From positions 75-64,074 of the forward strand of contig JAJBUK010000066.1 in the NCBI GenBank assembly GCA_020860385.1: 64,000 nt of DNA. The letters run 5' to 3'. Position 1 is the first letter of the stretch. Every line of letters starts with the position of its first letter. Shown piece after piece: positions 30,795 to 39,017 of this stretch. Origin of the DNA: Clostridiales bacterium (GTDB lineage: Bacteria > Bacillota > Clostridia > Oscillospirales > Oscillospiraceae). Both the position numbers and the translations under genes were made by a program. Below the pieces are notes generated by a model. It worked only from the letters and a program-made list of their open reading frames with translations. It was not told where the DNA came from and ran no database searches.

Positions 30795-32054
30795 ATGAAC
30801 ATTAGAACGATCAATCGCTTAAATAACGAATACCGTGCCTATGTCTATGAGGCGGAAACCATCCGCAGCATGAAGAAGGAGGCCAGCCGGGAGGAAGGGC
30901 TGAATTATCAGCGGGCCGCCCAGATCTGCGGCCAGCTGGCCACTATGACCACCGGTGCAGAGGCCCAGCGCTGGATGCGCTGCCAGACTATGTGCCAGGA
31001 GAAAATGCGGGAGATTTGGAAGGACCTGTTTCCGGAGGAGGAGACTGAGGCCGAGGCCGAGCCTGCGGCATCCGATGAACCGGAAGAGGAGAAGAAACCG
31101 GCTCCCGCAAAGCCCGCAGCCAAGAAGAAGGCCGCCGCAAAGGACGATGTTTCCGATGCGACGGTAGAGAAGTGGTTCAAGCCGGACCCGGGGTATGGCT
31201 TCGACGAAGTGGCCGGCATGGATGATGTGAAGAAGCTGCTGTCCGATTGTGTGCGGGATGTCTCCATGAGCGCCCTGAATGACTATCTGGGGATGCCCAC
31301 CGTCCAGTCCTTCTTCTTCTACGGCCCTCCCGGCTGCGGGAAGACCTTTATCATCGAGGCATTTGCCCATGAACTGATGCAGCAGGGCTACAAATATATG
31401 TCCTTGGCCACGGCGGATATCCACAGCAAGTTCTCCGGCGAGGCGGATAAAATCGTCCGTCGGGCCTTTGAAGAGGCGGCGAAGAATGCGCCCTGCATCC
31501 TGTTTATGGACGAGGTGGACGGCATCTGCCAGAACCGCTCCATCGCGAATCTTTCCGACTTTAATATGCAGCTGACGACCACCTTCCTGACCAGCTTCAA
31601 CCAGCTTCAGAAAGCGAACCGGGATAAGAAATCCGTCATCTTCATCGGCGCCACCAACTACCCGGCCAATGTGGATACGGCTATGCTGGACCGGGTGGAG
31701 CTGGTACAGATCCCTCTGCCCGACCAGGCCGCCCGCGCCCACGCCTTCCGCAAGAAGTTTGGAGACATCATCCAGCTGGAGGACGGCTTTGACTGGAGCG
31801 ACATGGCGGACTGCACCGAGTGCTATAATCAGCGGGACATCAACCGGGTCAGCACGAAGCTGCTGAACCTGATCCGTACCTCCGTGGCGGAAGGATGCGC
31901 CGATGGGGAGAGCGCCGTTACCCGGTTGCAGGACGGCTCCTTCCGGCTGACGCGGGAGCTGTTTGAGACTGCCAAAGCCTCCTATGTGCCATCGCCCAAG
32001 GACGATATTGAGCGGTCGCTGAACGAGTTTGAAGAGCAGATGCGTACCCTTTGA
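30795..32054 (+). CDS. Single-ring classical AAA+ ATPase with an N-terminal three-helix (MIT-like) domain, Vps4-like
   Basis: FDEVAGMDDVK, YGPPGCGKT, SKFSGE pore loop, LFMDEVD, GATNYP and DTAMLDR; E/K/A/P linker after an ~80-aa helical domain. Confidence 0.8.
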   Translation: MNIRTINRLNNEYRAYVYEAETIRSMKKEASREEGLNYQRAAQICGQLATMTTGAEAQRWMRCQTMCQEKMREIWKDLFPEEETEAEAEPAASDEPEEEKKPAPAKPAAKKKAAAKDDVSDATVEKWFKPDPGYGFDEVAGMDDVKKLLSDCVRDVSMSALNDYLGMPTVQSFFFYGPPGCGKTFIIEAFAHELMQQGYKYMSLATADIHSKFSGEADKIVRRAFEEAAKNAPCILFMDEVDGICQNRSIANLSDFNMQLTTTFLTSFNQLQKANRDKKSVIFIGATNYPANVDTAMLDRVELVQIPLPDQAARAHAFRKKFGDIIQLEDGFDWSDMADCTECYNQRDINRVSTKLLNLIRTSVAEGCADGESAVTRLQDGSFRLTRELFETAKASYVPSPKDDIERSLNEFEEQMRTL

Positions 32055-32077
32055 GGATCGTGGGAGGCGGTTGACGG

Positions 32078-33139
32078 ATGGAGCAGGCGGAGCAGACACG
32101 GCTGTGTCGGGAATGGGCAGAAAATGTATTTTACGGGCCTTCTTATGATGATATTACGCTGTCAGAACTGCCCGACACCTACTTCTGGAAGCCAGTGTTG
32201 GAGGGGCTGAACGACCAGTTCCTGTATCAGTATTTTCAGCTAAAAAACTATCCGGGGGTACTGTTCTCCGGCCCGCCCGGCAACGGGAAGCACACCCTGG
32301 CCAAGGCGCTGCTCAATTCCCTCTGGCGGAAGCGCGGCATCCCGGAGGACAAGGCCTGTTATGCGTATGTGCAGGCCCAGGCGTTTCCGAAGGGGCAGCC
32401 GCCGCAGGAGACAGTGGGACGGGTGAACGCAGTGTTTGAACAGGCGGAGGCGTCGCTCAAAGACGGCTCGGCGGAATACTGCGTCCTGCTGTTCGACCAG
32501 ATGGAGCAGTATAACAACGTGCAGCTGGTGCTGAACGCCATCGGCGAGGCCCTGGGGGAGTATATTGACAGCATGGGCTGCGCCCGGGAGTGCTTCCTCA
32601 TCTGCATCACAGAGGATTCCGCCCTGTATAATTCCAGCCTGTTTCCGGAGCTGCTGTGCTGCCCCTGTGAGAATCCCGGACTGCGGCAGCGGCGGAAGTT
32701 CCTGCGAAGCGGGCTGACCTACAGCGTTCCAGACTGGCGAAGCCCCGGAAGCGGGATGAACAAGGATATCAAGCTCTCCGTGTCCGGTCTGTCCGTGGAT
32801 GATTTGGCGGAGCAGACCGAGGGGCTCTCCTACCGTCAACTGTCAGACTTCCTGTTCCTGCTGAAGATGGAGCTGGTGCGGCAGGGGGAGCGCAGCGAAT
32901 ATCAAAAGCTGGACGTCTCCATTGCCCTGGAACAGGACACCGTTCTGGACATTCTGGAGGTGCTTCATCGGCCCCAGCCCACCGGCGGCGCCGTGGTGAT
33001 TGCCCAGGGTGCGGCGGTATTCGGGCAGTCTGCCGCTGCGGCTGCCAACGCCCAGACTCAGACGAACAAGGACCCGAAGGATATGTCGAGCAGCGAGCGG
33101 CTGAGCTATCTGGAACAGTATCAGTTCAACGGAGATTAG
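32078..33139 (+). CDS. Degenerate (probably hydrolysis-dead) AAA+ ATPase paralog
   Basis: GPPGNGKHT Walker A variant, LLFDQ Walker B, LAEQTEGLS lid motif. Confidence 0.72.
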   Translation: MEQAEQTRLCREWAENVFYGPSYDDITLSELPDTYFWKPVLEGLNDQFLYQYFQLKNYPGVLFSGPPGNGKHTLAKALLNSLWRKRGIPEDKACYAYVQAQAFPKGQPPQETVGRVNAVFEQAEASLKDGSAEYCVLLFDQMEQYNNVQLVLNAIGEALGEYIDSMGCARECFLICITEDSALYNSSLFPELLCCPCENPGLRQRRKFLRSGLTYSVPDWRSPGSGMNKDIKLSVSGLSVDDLAEQTEGLSYRQLSDFLFLLKMELVRQGERSEYQKLDVSIALEQDTVLDILEVLHRPQPTGGAVVIAQGAAVFGQSAAAAANAQTQTNKDPKDMSSSERLSYLEQYQFNGD

Positions 33140-33154
33140 AGAGGTGAATAACAA

Positions 33155-35095
33155 ATGCGCGAATTATTGTCCAATGCGATACGGCAGAAGGGCAGAGAAT
33201 ATGTTCAAAGCGAGCGGGTCACCGTGACAGACGAGCAGCGCCTCAGCGACACCTCGGCAGAGGTGCGGGGCAAGGTGTTTTGCAGCTTCGGCTTTGTCCA
33301 CCATCCCAAAATCAATGTGGTGGAGCTGAGGGACGCCAATGTGGTGACCGATTACACCTGTGACTGCTATGAAAGCACCGGCGCGTCCGGCTTTTGCTCC
33401 CACTGCGCCGCCCTTGCCATCGCGGCCTATGGTGACGACAGGGAGCTTATCTATGAAAAGCGCAGCGGCCAGGGTGCGGCTGCCGGAGCCGGGGGGCTGT
33501 TCCAGTCGATTCCCCTGGAGCAGGTGCAAATCGACGAGGACCGCAGGGACGCCTCCGGCCGTTACGCGGCGGCCAAGGTGTTCTGCGAGTTTGGTTTTGT
33601 CCATCACCCCAGGATGCATATTCTGGGCAGCGATGAGATTGCAGACTACGCCTGTGATTGCTATGAGTACGCCGAAACCAGGGGACTGTGTGCCCACTGT
33701 CAGGCGCTGCTTCAAAAATTGAAGCAGGCGGATGGGGCGGAAGCAGCGTCCGACGCGGAGGAGCCGGAGGCCCTCTGTCAGAAGGAACCGGCGCCGGAGG
33801 AAACGCCGGACAGCGCCCCGCTTGAAGCGGAGAGCTGGTTCGCTGCGGCGGAAGAAGCAGCGCCACTGGAGGAGGAAGCGCCCCCCTTGCAGGAGGAACC
33901 AACCCTCTTGCAGGAGGACGGCAGCTCCGACGCCCCCCGGTCTATGGAAATTTTGCTGGGGGAAGACGTGGAGACTCAGGAGCCGGTGTACTGGCGGCCC
34001 AATGACACGGAGCAGGTTTTTCATACGAACATGGGCATTATCGGCACCATGGGCACAGGCAAGACCCAGTTTACCAAATCCCTGGTGACGCAGCTCTATC
34101 GCCAGCAGTACAATAACTTTGACGGTCAGAGGCTTGGCATCCTGATTTTTGATTACAAAGGGGATTATAACGAGAGCAAGCCGGATTTTGTGCGGGCAAC
34201 AAGGGCCCGCATCCTGAAGGCGTACCGGCTGCCCTTCAACCCCTTCTCCCTGACTGAAATCAGGCCGAAGCCACAGCTGCCGATTCACATCGCCAACACC
34301 TTTACCGATACCATTGCGAAGATTTACAACCTTGGCCCCAAGCAGTCCGCATCCCTGCTGCGCTGCATCATTCAGGCCTATCAGAACTGCGGTATCCTCC
34401 CAGGGGACCCCGCAACGTGGAAGCGGCCCGCGCCCACCTTTGCCCAGGTGTACGACGTGTACTGCGCCAATGACGACATCAAGAAGAACGATTCCCTCTA
34501 CGCCGTCATGGAAAAGCTGTTCCAGTTCCAGATTTTTGAGGATAGCCCGGAGCGGACAAAGTCCCTGTTTGCGCTGCTGAACGGCGTCGTTGTCCTTGAC
34601 CTCTCCGGGTACGACTCTGACATCCAGAACCTGATTGTGGCCATCACCCTGGATTTGTTCTACGCCCAGATGCAGAATTCCGGCTCCAGCAAGATGGATG
34701 AGCGCTACCGTCAGCTGAAGAAGCTGATTCTGGTGGATGAGGCGGATAACTTCATGTCTCAAAACTTCCCTGCGCTGAAAAAAATCCTGAAAGAGGGCCG
34801 GGAGTTTGGCGTTGGCGTTATCCTCTCCACTCAGTTCCTGACGCACTTTGGCACGAGGGCTGATGATTACTCTAAGTATATCCTGACCTGGGCCGTTCAC
34901 AACGTAGCCGACCTGAAACGCTCCGACGTGGAATTTGTGTTTAAAACCGATGGAGTGCCGGCGGAGACGGAGCGCATCTTCCGCCAGATCAAGGCGCTGG
35001 AAAAGCACCGCAGCATGGTGAAGATCGGGAACGCGCCGATGGTTTCCATTCAGGATATGCCCTTCTGGAAGCTGGTCAGCGACCCACAGATTTGA
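33155..35095 (+). CDS. Tandem SWIM Zn-finger + HerA/FtsK-type ATPase (DptH C-terminal-like)
   Basis: Two repeats VFCxFGFVHHP...CDC-x8-9-CxHC; GTMGTGKT, IFDYKGDY, LVDEAD and KEGREFGVGVILSTQ. Confidence 0.8.
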   Translation: MRELLSNAIRQKGREYVQSERVTVTDEQRLSDTSAEVRGKVFCSFGFVHHPKINVVELRDANVVTDYTCDCYESTGASGFCSHCAALAIAAYGDDRELIYEKRSGQGAAAGAGGLFQSIPLEQVQIDEDRRDASGRYAAAKVFCEFGFVHHPRMHILGSDEIADYACDCYEYAETRGLCAHCQALLQKLKQADGAEAASDAEEPEALCQKEPAPEETPDSAPLEAESWFAAAEEAAPLEEEAPPLQEEPTLLQEDGSSDAPRSMEILLGEDVETQEPVYWRPNDTEQVFHTNMGIIGTMGTGKTQFTKSLVTQLYRQQYNNFDGQRLGILIFDYKGDYNESKPDFVRATRARILKAYRLPFNPFSLTEIRPKPQLPIHIANTFTDTIAKIYNLGPKQSASLLRCIIQAYQNCGILPGDPATWKRPAPTFAQVYDVYCANDDIKKNDSLYAVMEKLFQFQIFEDSPERTKSLFALLNGVVVLDLSGYDSDIQNLIVAITLDLFYAQMQNSGSSKMDERYRQLKKLILVDEADNFMSQNFPALKKILKEGREFGVGVILSTQFLTHFGTRADDYSKYILTWAVHNVADLKRSDVEFVFKTDGVPAETERIFRQIKALEKHRSMVKIGNAPMVSIQDMPFWKLVSDPQI

Positions 35096-35135
35096 CGGGC
35101 GCTTCTCCGCAACAAAACACGGTTCTTTCCGCAAA

Positions 35136-35169
35136 AAAAGCGTCTGCCGCAAAAACGGCAGACGCTTTT
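35136..35169. terminator. Bidirectional terminator closing the accessory operon and cotJ
   Basis: AAAAGCGTCTGCCG-caaaaa-CGGCAGACGCTTTT. Confidence 0.88.
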
Positions 35170-35176
35170 CTATTGC

Positions 35177-35779
35177 TTACTTCCGGTCAAAGGACGGGTT
35201 GCAGAGATAGACGTTCTTGTGGTTCATCTTCTCCTTCGCAAGCTCCAGCACCTCACCGAAGCGCTGGAAATGCACCACTTCCCGCTCCCGCAGGAAGCGG
35301 ATGACATCGGTCACATCCGGGTCGTCCCGGCAGAAGCGGAGGATGTTGTCATAGGTCAGCCGGGCCTTCTGTTCGGCGGCCAAATCCTCCGTCAGGTCGG
35401 CGATGGTGTCTCCCGTCACCTGAATCGTGGCGGCCGTCCAGGGGTCGCCGCTGGCGGCGGTGGGGTAGACGCCGGCGGTGTGGTCTACAAAGTAGGCGTC
35501 AAAACCGGCGGTCTCGATTTGCTCCTGAGTCAGGTTCCGGGTCAGCTGGTGGACGATGGTGCCCACCATCTCCAAGTGGCCCAGTTCCTCCACGCCGATG
35601 TCCGTCAGGACGGCCTTGCACTCGTCAAAGGGCATACTATACCGCTGAGAGAGGTAGCGCAGGGAGGCTCCCAGCTCCCCGTCCGGCCCGCCGTACTGGG
35701 AGATGATGAGGTTGGCCAGCTTGGGGTTGGGATTCTTGATGCGGACGGGGTATTCCAGCTTCTTTTCATAGACAAACAT
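35177..35779 (-). CDS. cotJC: Spore coat protein CotJC (Mn-catalase family)
   Basis: MFVYEKKLEYPV, QYGGPDGEL, EELGHLE, EDLAAEQKA and REVVHFQRF. Confidence 0.93.
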   Translation of the reverse strand: MFVYEKKLEYPVRIKNPNPKLANLIISQYGGPDGELGASLRYLSQRYSMPFDECKAVLTDIGVEELGHLEMVGTIVHQLTRNLTQEQIETAGFDAYFVDHTAGVYPTAASGDPWTAATIQVTGDTIADLTEDLAAEQKARLTYDNILRFCRDDPDVTDVIRFLREREVVHFQRFGEVLELAKEKMNHKNVYLCNPSFDRK

Positions 35780-35782
35780 AGG

Positions 35783-36232
35783 TCAATCCTCTCCTTTCAG
35801 GTCCCAGGGCCAGGGGGAATGGGTCCACTGCCAGCTGCTGTCCGCGGCTGCCGCTGCCAGGTCCAGGGGGCCGTTCTGCCGCTCGTAGGCGGCGCGGGAG
35901 CGTTCCATCATGGCGGAATACTCCTGGAACAGGGCGAAGGCATCCTCATCGTCCTGATGGGTGTCCAGGTACAGGGCCAGCTCCTGCAAAACGAAGTCCA
36001 GCGCCTGGAGTTGGGCCAGCGGCGTCATAGGCACCGGGGTGCCGTTCACCGCCAGATGGAAGGGGAGGTTCAGGCAGGGGAACAAAGTCCCTTGGCTCAG
36101 GGCGTCGCAGTCCTTATAAATCGGGGCGTTCTCCTGTTGGAAGGGTACATAGGGTACCGCCAACGGCGCACAGGAGGGCATGGTGCCGTTGCAGTCCGTG
36201 CAGCGGCTGGTTTCAGATGACTTTCTGGTCAT
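35783..36232 (-). CDS. cotJB: Fused CotJA-CotJB spore coat protein
   Basis: N-half LAVPYVPFQ..GTLFPCL (CotJA-like); C-half LYLDTH..GPL..WQWTHSPWPW (CotJB). Confidence 0.85.
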   Translation of the reverse strand: MTRKSSETSRCTDCNGTMPSCAPLAVPYVPFQQENAPIYKDCDALSQGTLFPCLNLPFHLAVNGTPVPMTPLAQLQALDFVLQELALYLDTHQDDEDAFALFQEYSAMMERSRAAYERQNGPLDLAAAAADSSWQWTHSPWPWDLKGED

Positions 36233-36424
36233 ACGCACAAGCTCCTTTTCCGTGAAAATAAGTCGAATGCTGCATGATGCGGCGTTCGACTTATTTTATG
36301 CGCTGGCGGGGGAAAGGGTGCAGGCCGGAGCACGCTGCGTTGGTGCCTGGAAAACGACATATCATTCCGTTTCGGCATGAAAGCGAAAAAGAGGCGGAAA
36401 TCCGCCGGTCAGGAGCGCACCGGG

Positions 36425-37345
36425 TCACGCTTCGTTCCGGCTGGCGATTTCCTCCTGGACGGACTGGACAAAGTGCTTCGCGGCGGGGGAAAGCTCCTCG
36501 TCCGCCCGGTAGCAGAGGTAGACCGGGGCGGTGACGTGGGGCTGGAGCTGGACGACGGAGAAGGGGGCGTGGTCCGGGAAGTTGGAGTCCTCTGGCCGCA
36601 CCGTCAGATTTTCCATCAAAATGGCGATACCCATCTCCTTGGTGACCAGATCCAGAACGCTGTCGATGCGATTGCAGAAGAAGGCGATTTTTGGGGAAAA
36701 CCCCACCCGATGGCAGCTTTCCAGCACCAGATTGTGGGCGACGCTGTTCTCCGCCAGGGCAATAAATGTCTCGTCCTGAAGCCGCTCCAGCGGCAGTACC
36801 TTCTCCTTTGCCAGTGGGTGGCTTTTGGGGAAGACGCAGACCAGGGAGTCCTCACAGTACTGAAAGCCGTGCAAACCGGCCTCTTCCAGGCTGTTATTCG
36901 GCAAATGGGCAAAAATCATATCGCATTTCCGCGCCTTCAGTTGGCCGATCAGGTCGTTGGGGTCGCCCTCTATCATGCGCACACTGCTGTTGGGGTACCG
37001 CCGCTTGTAATTGGCGAGGACCTCGGTGATGCGGTATTTTGCGGTGGCGGAAACCGTTCCCACCGTGACCCGGCCCCGCATGGATTCCAGTTCATTCTCC
37101 AGGTCGGCGGTATAGTCATACTCGGCCTGTACGATGGTTCTGGCGTGGGGCAGCAGCAGCTTGCCATACTTGCTCAACACCACCTTGCGGGAGGTGCGCT
37201 CAAACAAGGGAACCCCCAATTCCCGCTCCATAGCCATGATGTGCTTGGACAGGGTGGACTGGCCCATGAAGAGGCGTTCCGCCGCCTCCAGGTAATTGGA
37301 AGTATCTGCCAATACGATAAATTCACGAAAATAGCTCAGGTTCAT
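36425..37345 (-). CDS. LysR family transcriptional regulator
   Basis: N-terminal HTH AAERLFMGQSTLSKHIMAMERELGVPLFERTSR; 306 aa. Confidence 0.93.
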   Translation of the reverse strand: MNLSYFREFIVLADTSNYLEAAERLFMGQSTLSKHIMAMERELGVPLFERTSRKVVLSKYGKLLLPHARTIVQAEYDYTADLENELESMRGRVTVGTVSATAKYRITEVLANYKRRYPNSSVRMIEGDPNDLIGQLKARKCDMIFAHLPNNSLEEAGLHGFQYCEDSLVCVFPKSHPLAKEKVLPLERLQDETFIALAENSVAHNLVLESCHRVGFSPKIAFFCNRIDSVLDLVTKEMGIAILMENLTVRPEDSNFPDHAPFSVVQLQPHVTAPVYLCYRADEELSPAAKHFVQSVQEEIASRNEA

Positions 37346-37365
37346 TTGACATACCTCACAAATCT

Positions 37366-37380
37366 ATTCTAGTCTGGAAT
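37366..37380. promoter_or_regulatory. LysR-type binding box in the divergent intergenic region
   Basis: ATTC-N7-GAAT dyad containing T-N11-A, upstream of TTGCAA-N17-TATAAT (37401-37429). Confidence 0.6.
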
Positions 37381-37545
37381 CGATTATACAGGATTTTGAA
37401 TTGCAAGTCAAGTTTTTGGAAACTATAATATGAAACAGATACGAAAACCGGCTACCAAAGGTCGCGGAAACGCCGGAACACGCGGCGCGCCAGGGGGCCT
37501 ATCCAGCCAGTCAAGCGGTATCACATCAAAAGGAGGAGTATATCT

Positions 37546-38904
37546 ATGAACAAAAACAAAAAAGTTCCGCTTTGGCGGAAAACAGTCTATGGCCTTGGCA
37601 CTGGCGGCGGCAACGTCTTTAGTCAGATTGGCGCGGCATTCCTGCTGAGCTACTACACGGACACCGCGCTGATTGGTGCGGCGGCCATCGGTACCATGTT
37701 CGTCGTCTGCCGTATCTTTGACGGTGTCAGCGACCTGATTATGGGCGCTATCGTAGACAGAACCAACACCAAATGGGGCAAGGCCCGTCCCTGGCTTATC
37801 CTGTCCGGCCCGCTGACCTTCCTTGGCATTGTGCTGCTGATGCACGTTCCCTCTGGCGCAAGCGAGGGGATGAAGCTGGTGTATGCTTACGCTACCTACA
37901 TCTTCATGTCCGTTATCGTCTATACCATTTTCGGCATTGCCAACACCGCCATGCTGCCCCTGATGACCCGTGACCGGGATGACAACACTATGCTGGCCAC
38001 CTTCTCCGCTGTGGGCAACAGCGTCATCGGTCTGATTGCCGGTTCCTCTATCACCCCGCTGGTGCTGGCATTTGGTTGGCATTGGGCCAGCATTATTCTG
38101 GGCCTGGTCGCTGGCGTCCTGATCCTCATCTCCGGCCTGGTGAATAAGGAGATGAAGCCCGAAGAAGGGGATGCAGAACAGGTTCAGGGCGAACAGCCCA
38201 CCCTGAAGCAGCAGTTCCCCGCCGTTATGAAGAACCGTTATTTCTGGCTCCTTTTGCTGATTGGCATCTTCTCCCTGCTGATGAACGCCAACGCGATTGC
38301 TGCTCAGAGCTATTACGCCTCCTATGTGATTGGCGACCCCATGTTCATGTCCACCCTGATGACGGCAGGACAGGCTCCTGGCATCATTATCCTGTTCCTG
38401 ATGCCCGCTATCTCTAAGCGGTGGTCCAAGCGGGCTTATCTGACCATGGGTGCCGTCCTGCTGATTATTGGCTTCCTGATTTGCGGCTTTGCCGGCACCA
38501 ATACCACTCTGGTAGTCATCGGCGTGGTCATCCGCGCTCTGGGCGCAGGTCCTCTGCTGAGTGCTGTATTTGCCTTCGTGCCTGATGTGGTGGAATATGG
38601 CTACTGGAAGTACGGCGTCCGTTCTGAGGGCCTGATTTCTTCCGCCCAGTCCATCGGCTCCAAGATCGGTATGGGCTTCGGCTCCGCCATGTGCGCCTGG
38701 GTTCTGGCTGCTGTGGGCTACAGTGCCTCTCTGGAGACCCAGTCTGATGCCGTTATCAGCGCCATTCAGTTTGATTATACCTTTGTGGGCGCTATCATCG
38801 GTGTGATTATCCTCGTCCTGGTGCTGCTCACCGACGTGGAGAAGTATGCTCCTCAGTTCCATGAGGCCAACGCTATGAAGGATCAGACTGCCAACGACCA
38901 GTAA
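37546..38904 (+). CDS. MFS transporter, glycoside-pentoside-hexuronide (GPH) family
   Basis: 12-TM pattern; RIFDGVSDLIMGAIVDRTNTKWGKARPW and DVVEYGYWKYGVRSEG. Confidence 0.9.
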   Translation: MNKNKKVPLWRKTVYGLGTGGGNVFSQIGAAFLLSYYTDTALIGAAAIGTMFVVCRIFDGVSDLIMGAIVDRTNTKWGKARPWLILSGPLTFLGIVLLMHVPSGASEGMKLVYAYATYIFMSVIVYTIFGIANTAMLPLMTRDRDDNTMLATFSAVGNSVIGLIAGSSITPLVLAFGWHWASIILGLVAGVLILISGLVNKEMKPEEGDAEQVQGEQPTLKQQFPAVMKNRYFWLLLLIGIFSLLMNANAIAAQSYYASYVIGDPMFMSTLMTAGQAPGIIILFLMPAISKRWSKRAYLTMGAVLLIIGFLICGFAGTNTTLVVIGVVIRALGAGPLLSAVFAFVPDVVEYGYWKYGVRSEGLISSAQSIGSKIGMGFGSAMCAWVLAAVGYSASLETQSDAVISAIQFDYTFVGAIIGVIILVLVLLTDVEKYAPQFHEANAMKDQTANDQ

Positions 38905-39017
38905 TCAACCTTATCACTCATCACTGTGCATAAGTAAGCTTTGTACTCCCTTACCGGGACAGCGGAGGTGTTGTTTCTCGGCTGTCCCGGTTTTCTTTTT
39001 AGAAAGGATGGTTTAAA

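Noticed and set aside
30795-32054. FtsH, CDC48 or proteasomal ARC assignment
   Set aside because: No TM or protease domain, a single AAA ring, and no proteasome/Pup genes nearby.
33155-35095. Calling this gene dptH (phosphorothioate restriction)
   Set aside because: Only the ATPase domain resembles DptH; the long DptH N-terminus is replaced by SWIM fingers and no dnd/dpt partners are in the window.
26549-35152. Long minus-strand ORFs (707, 425, 426 and 662 aa), and likewise 50398-52488 and 23279-24787
   Set aside because: They are shadow ORFs of well-supported plus-strand genes, expected from GC-rich codon bias; no motifs or RBS.
20126-35176. Treating the ESCRT-like block as a mobile element
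   Set aside because: No integrase, transposase or flanking direct repeats were seen, and GC/codon use look host-like; accessory status is inferred only from gene content.
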